Source of the DNA: an uncultured Anaerolineaceae bacterium | Lineage (GTDB): Bacteria > Chloroflexota > Anaerolineae > Aggregatilineales > Phototrophicaceae | DNA: 14,344 nucleotides | Assembly (NCBI GenBank): GCA_964352825.1 | Contig: CAYGTY010000088.1 | Location: 1-14,344, forward strand | Direction: 5' to 3' | Shown: in pieces, positions 1 through 7,895 of the stretch | How the letters are laid out: the number at the start of each line of letters is the position of its first letter | Position numbering within the stretch: position 1 is the stretch's first letter | Made by a program: the position numbers and the translations under genes | The notes under the pieces: model-generated | What the model saw: the letters and a program-made list of their open reading frames with translations, nothing else | Databases searched by the model: none | Told to the model about the DNA's origin: nothing

Positions 1-384
1 GTTTTTGGCTGGATAGATTCGGCAAAGCAAGATCATCGTCCCCTTTATACTGAGTTGCCATTCATTCTACGCACAGAAAAACGTGTTATACATGGTGTGA
101 TTGATGTCTTATTCCAGCAATCGGATGGAACATGGGTAGTTGTGGATTATAAAACCAGCAAAGTGAATGACGGTAATTTTGACCGTCACGCTCAACGCTA
201 TTATTTACAAGTCGGGGTTTATGCCTCAGCTGTTCAAGAGCAACTCGGCGGACACATCGTACCCCAAACCCACATTCACTATATCCGCGAAAGTCGCACC
301 ATCCATATTCCGACAGAAGCATGGCAGGCAGAAATCGACAAACTCGAATATTATATTGGTGAATTGGTCACAACAGATGATTAA
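1..384 (+). CDS. 3' end (C-terminal ~128 aa) of a UvrD/AddA-type helicase-nuclease: RecB-family PD-(D/E)XK nuclease domain; the gene starts upstream of the window
   Basis: Frame 1 is open from nt 1 to TAA at 382-384. The translation ...RVIHGVIDVLF...GTWVVVDYKTSK...QRYYLQVGVYASAV carries nuclease motif II (hhhD), motif III (DYKT, the E/D-x-K element) and the QhxxY motif in canonical order and spacing. There is no terminal Cys cluster, so an AddB or Cas4 Fe-S type is unlikely. Identification is from motif knowledge only. Confidence 0.65.
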   Translation, partial: VFGWIDSAKQDHRPLYTELPFILRTEKRVIHGVIDVLFQQSDGTWVVVDYKTSKVNDGNFDRHAQRYYLQVGVYASAVQEQLGGHIVPQTHIHYIRESRTIHIPTEAWQAEIDKLEYYIGELVTTDD

Positions 385-1342
385 TTTCTTAAGCTCACAA
401 ATCCCAGATTGGGCACGTCCCTCACACCCCATCTTGCAGTACGAACTATCGCGCCTGAAAACCGTCGGCACATGGCGGACACGGGTCATTTCACTATTTG
501 TCCTGATGTTAATCTTGGGGTTATTGGGGTACGTATATGCCACCTATATTTACGAGTCCCCAACCAAGGGAAATATTACAGACTTTGCATGGCGTGCTTT
601 ATATTTCCCAACTTTATTTTTACAGATTATCACCAATATCCTCGCATTATCACTGGGTATCGGCTCGATTGGACAAGAACGCAGTAACAAGACATGGGAC
701 AATTTGCGCGCGACAGAAAATGGTGCCGAATTTATATTACGGGCGCGCTGGATAGCAATACTCTATCGTCTACGAGGCATCATCATCGCCATCCTACTGG
801 TACGGGTCGTCTTGGTCTTAGGGATGCTCTATGACTTAACTGCCTTTGGTGGATTATATGCTGAAATGCTAACCGCCAATATTACGCCCGCTGTCCCATC
901 GTGGCATTATGGATTGATTGTTATCGCACTGCTTATGACGATTAACCTCCTACTACCGTTAACCATGATTGCTTCATCAGCAGGTATCGGTATCTTGATT
1001 TCAGTAGCGATTAAAGACCGTGCCTATTCAGGAACGATTCAGATTATCCTCGTGTTTTTACAGCTTGCCGTGACCATTGGATTGATTATTGGTATCTCTC
1101 AATTTTTATCGGGTGGATTAGAATTACCTGATGAAGCCCTCTTTGCACTCTTTTTGGCGCATAGTAGCTTTGGTGATTGGGGCTTATTATTCGCACAATT
1201 GGGGTCGGTTGGCGAGATATGGGCGATTGTCCCTTATGGTATCTTAATTGGTCTAGGGCTGGTTATCATCATGCTTATACAATCAGCGATTACCGATGGG
1301 ATGCTGTCTCTCGCTGTACGCTTATCCGAAGGTCGAGAATAA
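377..1342 (+). CDS. Polytopic inner-membrane protein (6-7 predicted TM helices), ABC-2-type permease-like
   Basis: ORF in frame 2. Its ATG at 377-379 overlaps the upstream stop (ATGATTAA), which implies translational coupling. The listed ORF start at 167 lies inside the upstream gene in another frame and gives a non-protein-like N-terminus, so 377 is preferred. Hydrophobic segments VISLFVLMLILGLLGYVYATYI, IIIAILLVRVVLVLGMLY, LIVIALLMTINLLLPLTMIASSAGIGILISVAI, IQIILVFLQLAVTIGLIIGI and IWAIVPYGILIGLGLVIIMLI mark the TM helices. The loop GQERSNKTWDNLRAT resembles the ERExGTLELL motif of ABC-2 permeases (partial match only). Confidence 0.55.
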   Translation: MINFLSSQIPDWARPSHPILQYELSRLKTVGTWRTRVISLFVLMLILGLLGYVYATYIYESPTKGNITDFAWRALYFPTLFLQIITNILALSLGIGSIGQERSNKTWDNLRATENGAEFILRARWIAILYRLRGIIIAILLVRVVLVLGMLYDLTAFGGLYAEMLTANITPAVPSWHYGLIVIALLMTINLLLPLTMIASSAGIGILISVAIKDRAYSGTIQIILVFLQLAVTIGLIIGISQFLSGGLELPDEALFALFLAHSSFGDWGLLFAQLGSVGEIWAIVPYGILIGLGLVIIMLIQSAITDGMLSLAVRLSEGRE

Positions 1343-1455
1343 AAATATTTACACAACATGATTAGACTTCTTGGGATATGTTACTATCATATTCAACTAA
1401 GCTGAATCCAGTATACTTACACCACTTAATTTATTAACAAATAAAGGAATAGTTT

Positions 1456-2484
1456 ATGAGCAAAGCAAATCGTCAATGGCGACTCAAAACCCGCCCCGAA
1501 GGCATGATCGAAAAATCCAATTTTGATTGGGTTGAAGAAGAAGTAATGCCCCTCGCAGAAGATAGCGTCCGTGTCCGCAATATCTATTTTTCACTTGACC
1601 CTACCCAGCGCATGTGGATGCGTGCAGAACGTGGCTACCGTGACCCCATTGGCATCGGTGAAGTCATCGTTGGGACAGGGATTGGTGTAGTTGATGAATC
1701 GACTGCCCCAGCTTTCAAGGAAGGGGATATTGTTATTGGCATGGTCGGTTGGCAAGATTATGCGACATTCGTAGGCAAACAATTACGAGGATTAACCCAA
1801 GTTCAGCCTCTAGGTAACTTACCCCTCCATTATTATATCGGTGTTTTAGGGTTTATTGGTTTGACAGCTTATTATGGTTTGCTTGATGTAGGTGAGCCCA
1901 AAGAAGGTGATACGGTTGTTGTATCGGCTGCTGCTGGCGCGACAGGTTCATTGGTTGCACAGATTGCAAAAATCAAAGGTTGTCGTGTGATTGGTATTGC
2001 AGGAAGTGACGAAAAATGTGCTTGGCTGACTGATGAACTCGGTTTAGATGGTGCAATTAATTATAAGACAGAAAATGTCAATAAGAGCTTACGCGAACAC
2101 TGCCCTGATGGCATTGATGTGTACTTTGATAACGTCGGTGGGGATATACTTGAAGCGGCTCTATCTCGTATCAACATCGGCGCACGGATTGTCTGCTGTG
2201 GCATGATTTCTGTCTATAATGCAGATACTCCCGTCCCAGGACCGAGGAATTTAGGTAACCTGATTACCAAACGTGCCAAGATGGAAGGCTTCCTCGTGAC
2301 AGATTATGTATCACAAGCTGCACCAGCAATCATGGAACTCGGCGGCTGGTTGATGGAAGGGAAGTTACAGTTCCGCGCTGATGTCGTGGAAGGATTAGAA
2401 AACACCATCGAAACTTATAATCGCTTATTCACAGGTGAAAATAAAGGCAAGCTCATAATGAAAATTGCCGACGAGCCAGTGTAG
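1456..2484 (+). CDS. curA: NADPH-dependent oxidoreductase, YncB/CurA family (MDR superfamily; leukotriene B4 dehydrogenase / curcumin reductase-like)
   Basis: 342-aa ORF with an AAAGGAA Shine-Dalgarno 7 nt upstream of the ATG. The translation aligns by eye along its whole length with E. coli CurA/YncB. Matching blocks include SLDPTQRMWMR, GWQDYATF, IGVLGFIGLTAYYGLLDVGEPKEGDTVVVSAAAGATGSLVAQIAKIKGCRVIGIAGSDEKC (the Rossmann NADP site), GIDVYFDNVGG and FTGENKGKLIMKI. Confidence 0.9.
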   Translation: MSKANRQWRLKTRPEGMIEKSNFDWVEEEVMPLAEDSVRVRNIYFSLDPTQRMWMRAERGYRDPIGIGEVIVGTGIGVVDESTAPAFKEGDIVIGMVGWQDYATFVGKQLRGLTQVQPLGNLPLHYYIGVLGFIGLTAYYGLLDVGEPKEGDTVVVSAAAGATGSLVAQIAKIKGCRVIGIAGSDEKCAWLTDELGLDGAINYKTENVNKSLREHCPDGIDVYFDNVGGDILEAALSRINIGARIVCCGMISVYNADTPVPGPRNLGNLITKRAKMEGFLVTDYVSQAAPAIMELGGWLMEGKLQFRADVVEGLENTIETYNRLFTGENKGKLIMKIADEPV

Positions 2485-2497
2485 ACTATCTTTAAAA

Positions 2498-2520
2498 GTA
2501 GGGGATTAATCATCCCCTAC
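2498..2520. terminator. Hairpin in the convergent gap; likely intrinsic terminator serving the minus-strand SulP gene and possibly bidirectional
   Basis: Perfect 9-bp stem GTAGGGGAT / ATCCCCTAC with loop TAATC. It lies 14 nt after the curA-like stop (2482-2484) and 18 nt beyond the end of the minus-strand gene (2538). The AAAA immediately 5' on the plus strand gives a U-tract after the hairpin in the minus-strand transcript. There is no T-run after it on the plus strand, so plus-strand termination is less certain. Confidence 0.5.
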
Positions 2521-2537
2521 GATCTCACTACACTCAA

Positions 2538-4787
2538 TTACCCCATCAAAACTTCGACCATATGATTCGTAGAAGCCAATCGTTCCGATACAACACAAGC
2601 GATAAATACATGGAATCCTGATGCGGCCTCAGGTTGCTCCTCCCCCATCTTATAGTAGGCATCGCGTGTTAATTTCTGAAATATACCTTTTTCAGAGACA
2701 ACAATAGATGCTGACCGTGGGCGACCTAAATAAAATCCGACCTCACCAACAATCGTTCCTGCTCGCATACTCCGCAAGCGAACCGATTTTCCATCCTCTA
2801 ATTCAAGCTGGATGTCCACCCGTCCCGACTCAATAAAATATAGAACATCGGGATCATCACCTTGACGCATAATATACTCACCCGCTTTAATCTCAACCCG
2901 CTCCAAATACTTAGATATGGTCGATACATCTAACATGCGGGTCATGGTGCGGCTCTCAAACTGTTCTTCCACCGTAATCCGTTTAGTATCAGGCAATTCG
3001 GAATGGTTAAGCAGTGTATTTTCACACCATTCCATTGCATGGTCGAGGTCTTCAAATTGCTGAGAAACATCAGAGTCCAACTCTCCAAAGCCACAATCTA
3101 CCAAGACTTCAGCAATATCAGGCGCAACATTAGCAAACAAAATATGAATGCCGTGAGTTTTTGATAATTGTTTGAGCTTCGTAAAATCAACAACCGTTGA
3201 GACATCAATCCCACGCACCAGTCGAAAATCCAGAATCACATAGAGTAAAGCCTCACTCTCTTTATCCAGCACACGCGCCTTCACACTCTGATAAAATTGA
3301 TGCGATGTACCAAAGAAGATAAAGCCTTGCAAACGCAATATCCATACATACTGTCCCAAATCGCGTAGAAGAACATTCTCATCATAAGAACGGTCAATAT
3401 TACTGCGAAAGACACTCCCAGAAAATTCTTGCTTCACAATACTAATCTGGCTGTATTCCAAAACAAATAAGATGATAGTTGCAAGAACACCAACAACAAC
3501 ACCCTCCAAAAAACCAATAATACTAATCACCAAAAAGATACCAAATAAGAGCAAATAATCTTTAAAAGGTAACTTAAACCACGCATCATATAACCACTCG
3601 ACTAGGAAATTAAATCCTAGATACATAATCACACCACCAAGGATAATACGTGGGAATACAGTGATGATAGATGAGCCGAAAATCATCGTTAGTGTCAGCA
3701 ACAAGGACAACATCACCCCAACAAATCGCCCATATCCGCCGAGCCGATGAACTAGGGTTGTAAGTGTCACAGATGGAAAACCAATTATCCCCCCACCCAA
3801 CACCCCAGCCAGTGCATTGCCAGCTCCTGTAATCATTAGTTCACGGTTCAGATTTAACTCGCGGTCTATAATTAACTCTAATGCACTCGAATTGAGCAAT
3901 AAGTGTAATGTACAGATAATAACAACTGCCGCCATGCTCGCCGCTTGCGCTAACACAAAACCGCCATCTAGCTTCAAAATAACCGAATAATCAGGAAACT
4001 GCCATAAGGTCACATCCCCTACACTTGCCAAAAACCATTCCTGTTGCACGCTTGTATCAATCGTTCCTTCACTTGCCAATAAACCACCATAAAATATCGT
4101 CAACGCCCCAATGATAATAAGGGGCAACACAAAGACATTGGGTGTTCGTCGTGTCATCCATACCAAAATCACCCCAATCAGTAATCCCGGTAACCAATGA
4201 ATCAAGACGTTTTCATCAACTAAAGTGAGAGCAGTATTCAAGTTAAGGCGTAAGTCCACCATGATATTAAGCGCACCCTGCACCAATAACCATCCAGACC
4301 CTGCTAAAAACCCACCAATTACAGGATATGGAATATAGCGAATCAGGTTTCCTGCACCGAGTACACCTAAAATCAGAAAGAACAACCCTGTCAGTATAGA
4401 AGCAAGGCTGATTGTCAAAATAATGGTGTAAAAGAGAATATCATCAGGCATCGTAGCAGGAGCTAAGGCGATAAGGCTAGCTGACATCGTTCCTAAAATG
4501 ACAGCTGATGTACTTTGGACTTGCCCGATAGTCCCACGGTCAGAGCCAAATACTGCAATAAAAAAGCTAATAATAATATTCGCCACCATCGCAATCCCAA
4601 TACCTGCACCATAATAGGCTTCAAGCCGTCCGTTGAAGATAAGTGCCGCGTAGGACGTAATCAGGATAACAACAATGAGCCACACCATTACACTCGATAT
4701 GAAATTCGCGAGTATATGTGACGGGGTAAGTGTATGAAAAAATTGTTTGATACGGTTAGGATTGGGGGAGTCTACGGCGGAATTCAT
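2538..4787 (-). CDS. SulP-family anion (sulfate/bicarbonate-type) transporter fused to a STAS domain and a C-terminal cyclic-nucleotide-binding (cNMP/CAP-like) domain
   Basis: 749-aa ORF with an AAAGG Shine-Dalgarno 5 nt upstream of the start (minus strand). The N-terminal ~470 aa are polytopic membrane sequence typical of SulP (repeated GxGxG-rich helices such as ITGAGNALAGVLGGGIIGFP). The STAS-like block is LLYVILDFRLVRGIDVSTVVDFTKLKQLSKTHGIHILFANV. The C-terminal ~120 aa carry the cNMP-binding signature: beta-roll GEYIMRQGDDPDVLYFIESGRVDI... then GEVGFYLGRPRSASIVVSEKG, where the G-E...R-x-A phosphate-binding cassette is recognisable. Confidence 0.9.
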   Translation of the reverse strand: MNSAVDSPNPNRIKQFFHTLTPSHILANFISSVMVWLIVVILITSYAALIFNGRLEAYYGAGIGIAMVANIIISFFIAVFGSDRGTIGQVQSTSAVILGTMSASLIALAPATMPDDILFYTIILTISLASILTGLFFLILGVLGAGNLIRYIPYPVIGGFLAGSGWLLVQGALNIMVDLRLNLNTALTLVDENVLIHWLPGLLIGVILVWMTRRTPNVFVLPLIIIGALTIFYGGLLASEGTIDTSVQQEWFLASVGDVTLWQFPDYSVILKLDGGFVLAQAASMAAVVIICTLHLLLNSSALELIIDRELNLNRELMITGAGNALAGVLGGGIIGFPSVTLTTLVHRLGGYGRFVGVMLSLLLTLTMIFGSSIITVFPRIILGGVIMYLGFNFLVEWLYDAWFKLPFKDYLLLFGIFLVISIIGFLEGVVVGVLATIILFVLEYSQISIVKQEFSGSVFRSNIDRSYDENVLLRDLGQYVWILRLQGFIFFGTSHQFYQSVKARVLDKESEALLYVILDFRLVRGIDVSTVVDFTKLKQLSKTHGIHILFANVAPDIAEVLVDCGFGELDSDVSQQFEDLDHAMEWCENTLLNHSELPDTKRITVEEQFESRTMTRMLDVSTISKYLERVEIKAGEYIMRQGDDPDVLYFIESGRVDIQLELEDGKSVRLRSMRAGTIVGEVGFYLGRPRSASIVVSEKGIFQKLTRDAYYKMGEEQPEAASGFHVFIACVVSERLASTNHMVEVLMG

Positions 4788-5010
4788 TAGAGCCTTTCAA
4801 AAGAAGGGATTCATTGTTACTGGATATATAACAGAATTTTAATACAAACATAAAGTTAGTATAATCTCGCCTAATCGAGTGTGCAAATTCTCTTCAGCGA
4901 TAAAAAGCAATACAAGGGTTTCACAAACTCAAGAAATCCATGACATAAATTTATCAGCTTCTTTACACCATTAGTGCCACTAGGGGCTCAATTTGCCTTA
5001 TACTGAAGGT

Positions 5011-6669
5011 ATGAATCCTAATGATAGAGGGAAAATGGCGATGGCATCACCAAAACGCAAAAAACATGCAGCAGCAGCAGAAGTCTTTGCACAGCAGAAT
5101 GTCATGAATCTGGAAGATGTTGCACTCGATAATGTAAGCGACTCAGATAATTTTGGTACATCAGCCTATGATATGCCTGCACCTGTTATGAACGCGCCAC
5201 AACCTGCGAGACGCAGAGAACAGAAAGCTAGCAAATCTGCACCCGTAAGTTCACCTTCACTCAGTGCATTTAAGACATCAGAAGAACTCCAACTAGAAAA
5301 AGACCCCATCCAAGTCCGTGAAACAGGATTTTTGTTTTGGAAGCGTGTCATCGTCCCACCCAATGCCTATGTCGTGCATACGCGTATTGGTAGTCCTGAC
5401 CCGATCACACTCGGTCTTGGTTTATCATTTCGTTATAATCCGCGCACCGATGCCTATTTGGTTGTGCCTGCCGCCATGCAGACAATTGGAGTCGTCGCCA
5501 ATTGCATCAGTCAAGAGAAGCAAGGCATTAACGTCCTCGCCTATGTTCAATGGCAGATTAGTGATTTTTCGATTGCTTATCGTCGGCTTGATTTTTCAGA
5601 CTCAATTGATCCACTGGGTATCGTCAATGCACAACTCCGTGAACAAGCTGACGCAGCCATTAAAGATAAAATCGCAACCATGAGCATTGAAGAAGTCTTG
5701 ACCGATAAAGCACCCATCATCGAAGAACTGACACGGCGTTTAAGTGAAGTCACAGAGGGGCGCGTGCGTGGCGCACAATCCGAAGAAGCAGGACTTGGTA
5801 TTACGATTGTGACTGTACAAATCAAAGAGGCATTTATTAGCTCACGGAATTTATGGGAAAACTTGCAAGCTCCCTATCGTCATGAGCAAGAAAGGGTTGC
5901 TAAAATCAGCTACTTGGATATGGAAGAAGACATCCGTACTAAGCAACTTGCCACCCGTCAAGCCACCGAAACCAGTGAAGCCGAAACTCAAGTACAGATT
6001 GAACGTGTGCGCGAAGAAAAACAGACCGAGGCTCTCGAACTGCGCCTAACAGAAGATGAAAAACGCCAACAACGTGAACAAGAAAACAAAGCTCGACAAA
6101 TCCAACGCGAACAAGAAATCAAATTAACCGAAGCCCGTTCCGAAGCCGAAACGCAAAATGCCTTAGATGCGATGGAACGTGAACGCCAATTAGAGTTAAT
6201 GGAAGCCGAGCGCGCCTTAGTTGAGCAAAAAGCGCAAATTGAACAAGCCCGCCTCATCCATGAAGCAACCTTGAAACGGGTACAATTTGAGCATGAGCAA
6301 GTGGTTCGCCAACAAGACAATATCCTCAAAGCCGAAGCCCTTCAAGCAGGCATATCCCTAAAATTACAAAGTGAGCAAGCTAATTCTGAGCGTCTGGCAA
6401 TTATCCAACAAACAGAACATCGCAAAGCCCAATTAATGGTAGAGATTCATCGCTTACAACAAGAAGTCCGCAATATGGTCAGTGAAGAAGCCCTCGTCAA
6501 AGAATGGATTAAAACACTACCCCAATTAGCTGAGAGTATGCCTGATGTGGAAGAAATGAAGGTTATCCAAATGGGCGATAACAACCCGCAATTGGCTTCA
6601 TTCCTAGCACAACAAGAGAGTCTCTTTCAATCATTACGGCAATTTTTGAGGGGTGACACCAGCGATTAA
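5011..6669 (+). CDS. Flotillin-family SPFH/band-7 protein (YqiK/FloT-like) with a long EA-rich coiled-coil and flotillin C-terminal domain; no N-terminal membrane hairpin
   Basis: The reading frame is open from 4993 (TTG). The first ATG is at 5011; alternatives at 5035 and 5041 lie closer to a GAGGG Shine-Dalgarno, so the exact start is uncertain within ~45 nt. The SPFH core runs GFLFWKRVIVPPNAYVVHTRIGSP...QTIGVVANCISQEKQGINVLAYVQWQI...ITIVTVQIKEAFIS. It is followed by ~200 aa of E/A/Q/R heptad repeats (EAETQVQIERVREEKQTEALELRL...), then the flotillin tail (LVKEWIKTLPQLAESMPDVEEMKVIQMG). The first ~100 aa are basic, Ser/Pro-rich and lack any hydrophobic helix. Confidence 0.85.
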   Translation: MNPNDRGKMAMASPKRKKHAAAAEVFAQQNVMNLEDVALDNVSDSDNFGTSAYDMPAPVMNAPQPARRREQKASKSAPVSSPSLSAFKTSEELQLEKDPIQVRETGFLFWKRVIVPPNAYVVHTRIGSPDPITLGLGLSFRYNPRTDAYLVVPAAMQTIGVVANCISQEKQGINVLAYVQWQISDFSIAYRRLDFSDSIDPLGIVNAQLREQADAAIKDKIATMSIEEVLTDKAPIIEELTRRLSEVTEGRVRGAQSEEAGLGITIVTVQIKEAFISSRNLWENLQAPYRHEQERVAKISYLDMEEDIRTKQLATRQATETSEAETQVQIERVREEKQTEALELRLTEDEKRQQREQENKARQIQREQEIKLTEARSEAETQNALDAMERERQLELMEAERALVEQKAQIEQARLIHEATLKRVQFEHEQVVRQQDNILKAEALQAGISLKLQSEQANSERLAIIQQTEHRKAQLMVEIHRLQQEVRNMVSEEALVKEWIKTLPQLAESMPDVEEMKVIQMGDNNPQLASFLAQQESLFQSLRQFLRGDTSD

Positions 6670-6723
6670 ATCAGTACCATAATCTCTATACCGGCTTTAT
6701 CTCGATACAATACGGAATCTTCC

Positions 6724-7794
6724 ATGCCACTAGATTTTTACGACTATAAAAACCTGACCGATTATCTACAACATCTATATCAATGCAAGCCTTATACACG
6801 GAATGGTATCGAACACCCTGTCACAGTCTACTATCCTTCAGAAGCCCAGATACGTGATGTCGATAGTATCCTCGACCCCTATCCGCCTGTGCAAGAAGAT
6901 ACAAACTTTGCATTTTATGATTATAGTTATCTGCATACCCTGCAAAACAGCAAACCCTCTCTATTCAATGGGCGGACATTCACGCTGAACTTTATCCGAC
7001 CCAATCCACTCAGAATGCGTGGCGCACTCGGTCATTATTATGATATGTTAGCCACCTGTGCCAGCTTAGAGAACGAATTACGGGATGCACTCGAACAAGG
7101 TTGGATGCGCGCACCATCACGGGCGCAATATCATCGTCATGTCGAGCCACAAGAAGCTATTTTACGAGGTATCGGTCGCAGTTCAGCCATCGGCATCGGA
7201 ACACTAACAGTATTTAATGACAATGGAACATATAAAACAATCTTAGCGCGACGTTCAGACAAAACTGCTTTTGATAGTGGCATGTATCATGTTTTGCCTG
7301 CGATGATGTTCCAGCCAACGACCCCTGATTTTCGGCATCCTGAACATGAGTGGAGCATCAAACATCAAATCATGCGTGAGGTATTAGAAGAAATGTTTGA
7401 TATGCCAGAGCAACTTGACCCTGACCAGTGGGATTTCTTCTATCAACATCCAGCGATGGTCTATTTACAAGACCTGATGGCAACAGGGAAAGCCCAACTT
7501 TATGTTACAGGACTTATCCTGAATATGCTCACACTCCGTCCAGAAGTCAGCACCCTGCTCCTCATCCGTGACCCTGAATGGTATGCACGGATTACAGCCA
7601 AAGACAGTGATATGCCTTTCAAAACAGCCGATGAGACCCTGAGTGATAGTGTTGTCGTTGCATCAATGATGACTGATAGTGACTTTATGGAACACTTCCC
7701 TGATGATTTATATAGGCGAATGCCACCACAAGCTACAGCAACCCTATGGCTAGGCATTGATTTGGCACGTCAAGAAATTATGCGTGGATTTTGA
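6724..7794 (+). CDS. Hypothetical protein, 356 aa, soluble, no recognisable domain
   Basis: Clean ORF that starts 54 nt after the flotillin stop on the same strand. Composition is protein-like (aromatic and acidic rich; no low-complexity or antisense-type bias). Blocks such as GIGRSSAIGIGTLTVFNDNGTYKTILARRSDKTAFDSGMYHVLPAMMFQP did not match any family I know. The Shine-Dalgarno is weak (GGAA), consistent with operonic coupling. Confidence 0.7.
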   Translation: MPLDFYDYKNLTDYLQHLYQCKPYTRNGIEHPVTVYYPSEAQIRDVDSILDPYPPVQEDTNFAFYDYSYLHTLQNSKPSLFNGRTFTLNFIRPNPLRMRGALGHYYDMLATCASLENELRDALEQGWMRAPSRAQYHRHVEPQEAILRGIGRSSAIGIGTLTVFNDNGTYKTILARRSDKTAFDSGMYHVLPAMMFQPTTPDFRHPEHEWSIKHQIMREVLEEMFDMPEQLDPDQWDFFYQHPAMVYLQDLMATGKAQLYVTGLILNMLTLRPEVSTLLLIRDPEWYARITAKDSDMPFKTADETLSDSVVVASMMTDSDFMEHFPDDLYRRMPPQATATLWLGIDLARQEIMRGF

Positions 7795-7895
7795 GCATAA
7801 ATCTTAACAGTATCGGGCTATATTTTGCTGGACAGCGGTTTGAAATCGTGTCATGATTATATTTAATCTGATGAATGGCTAATGGTTAACGAGCT

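Noticed and set aside
167-376. The upstream ATG at 167 given by the ORF track as the start of the 391-aa membrane-protein ORF
   Set aside because: It lies inside the helicase-nuclease gene in a different frame, and the first ~70 residues from that start look like out-of-frame noise. The ATG at 377, which overlaps the upstream stop, gives a clean membrane-protein N-terminus.
5988-6329. 113-aa Cys/Ser/Arg-rich antisense ORF inside the flotillin gene, and the other nested ORFs within it (5166-5363 -, 5318-5683 +, 5577-5825 -)
   Set aside because: This is the expected mirror artefact of a GAA/GCN/CAA-rich coiled-coil coding strand: the E/A/Q codons read as S/C/R on the opposite strand. There are no start signals, and the ORFs are fully nested in a well-supported gene.
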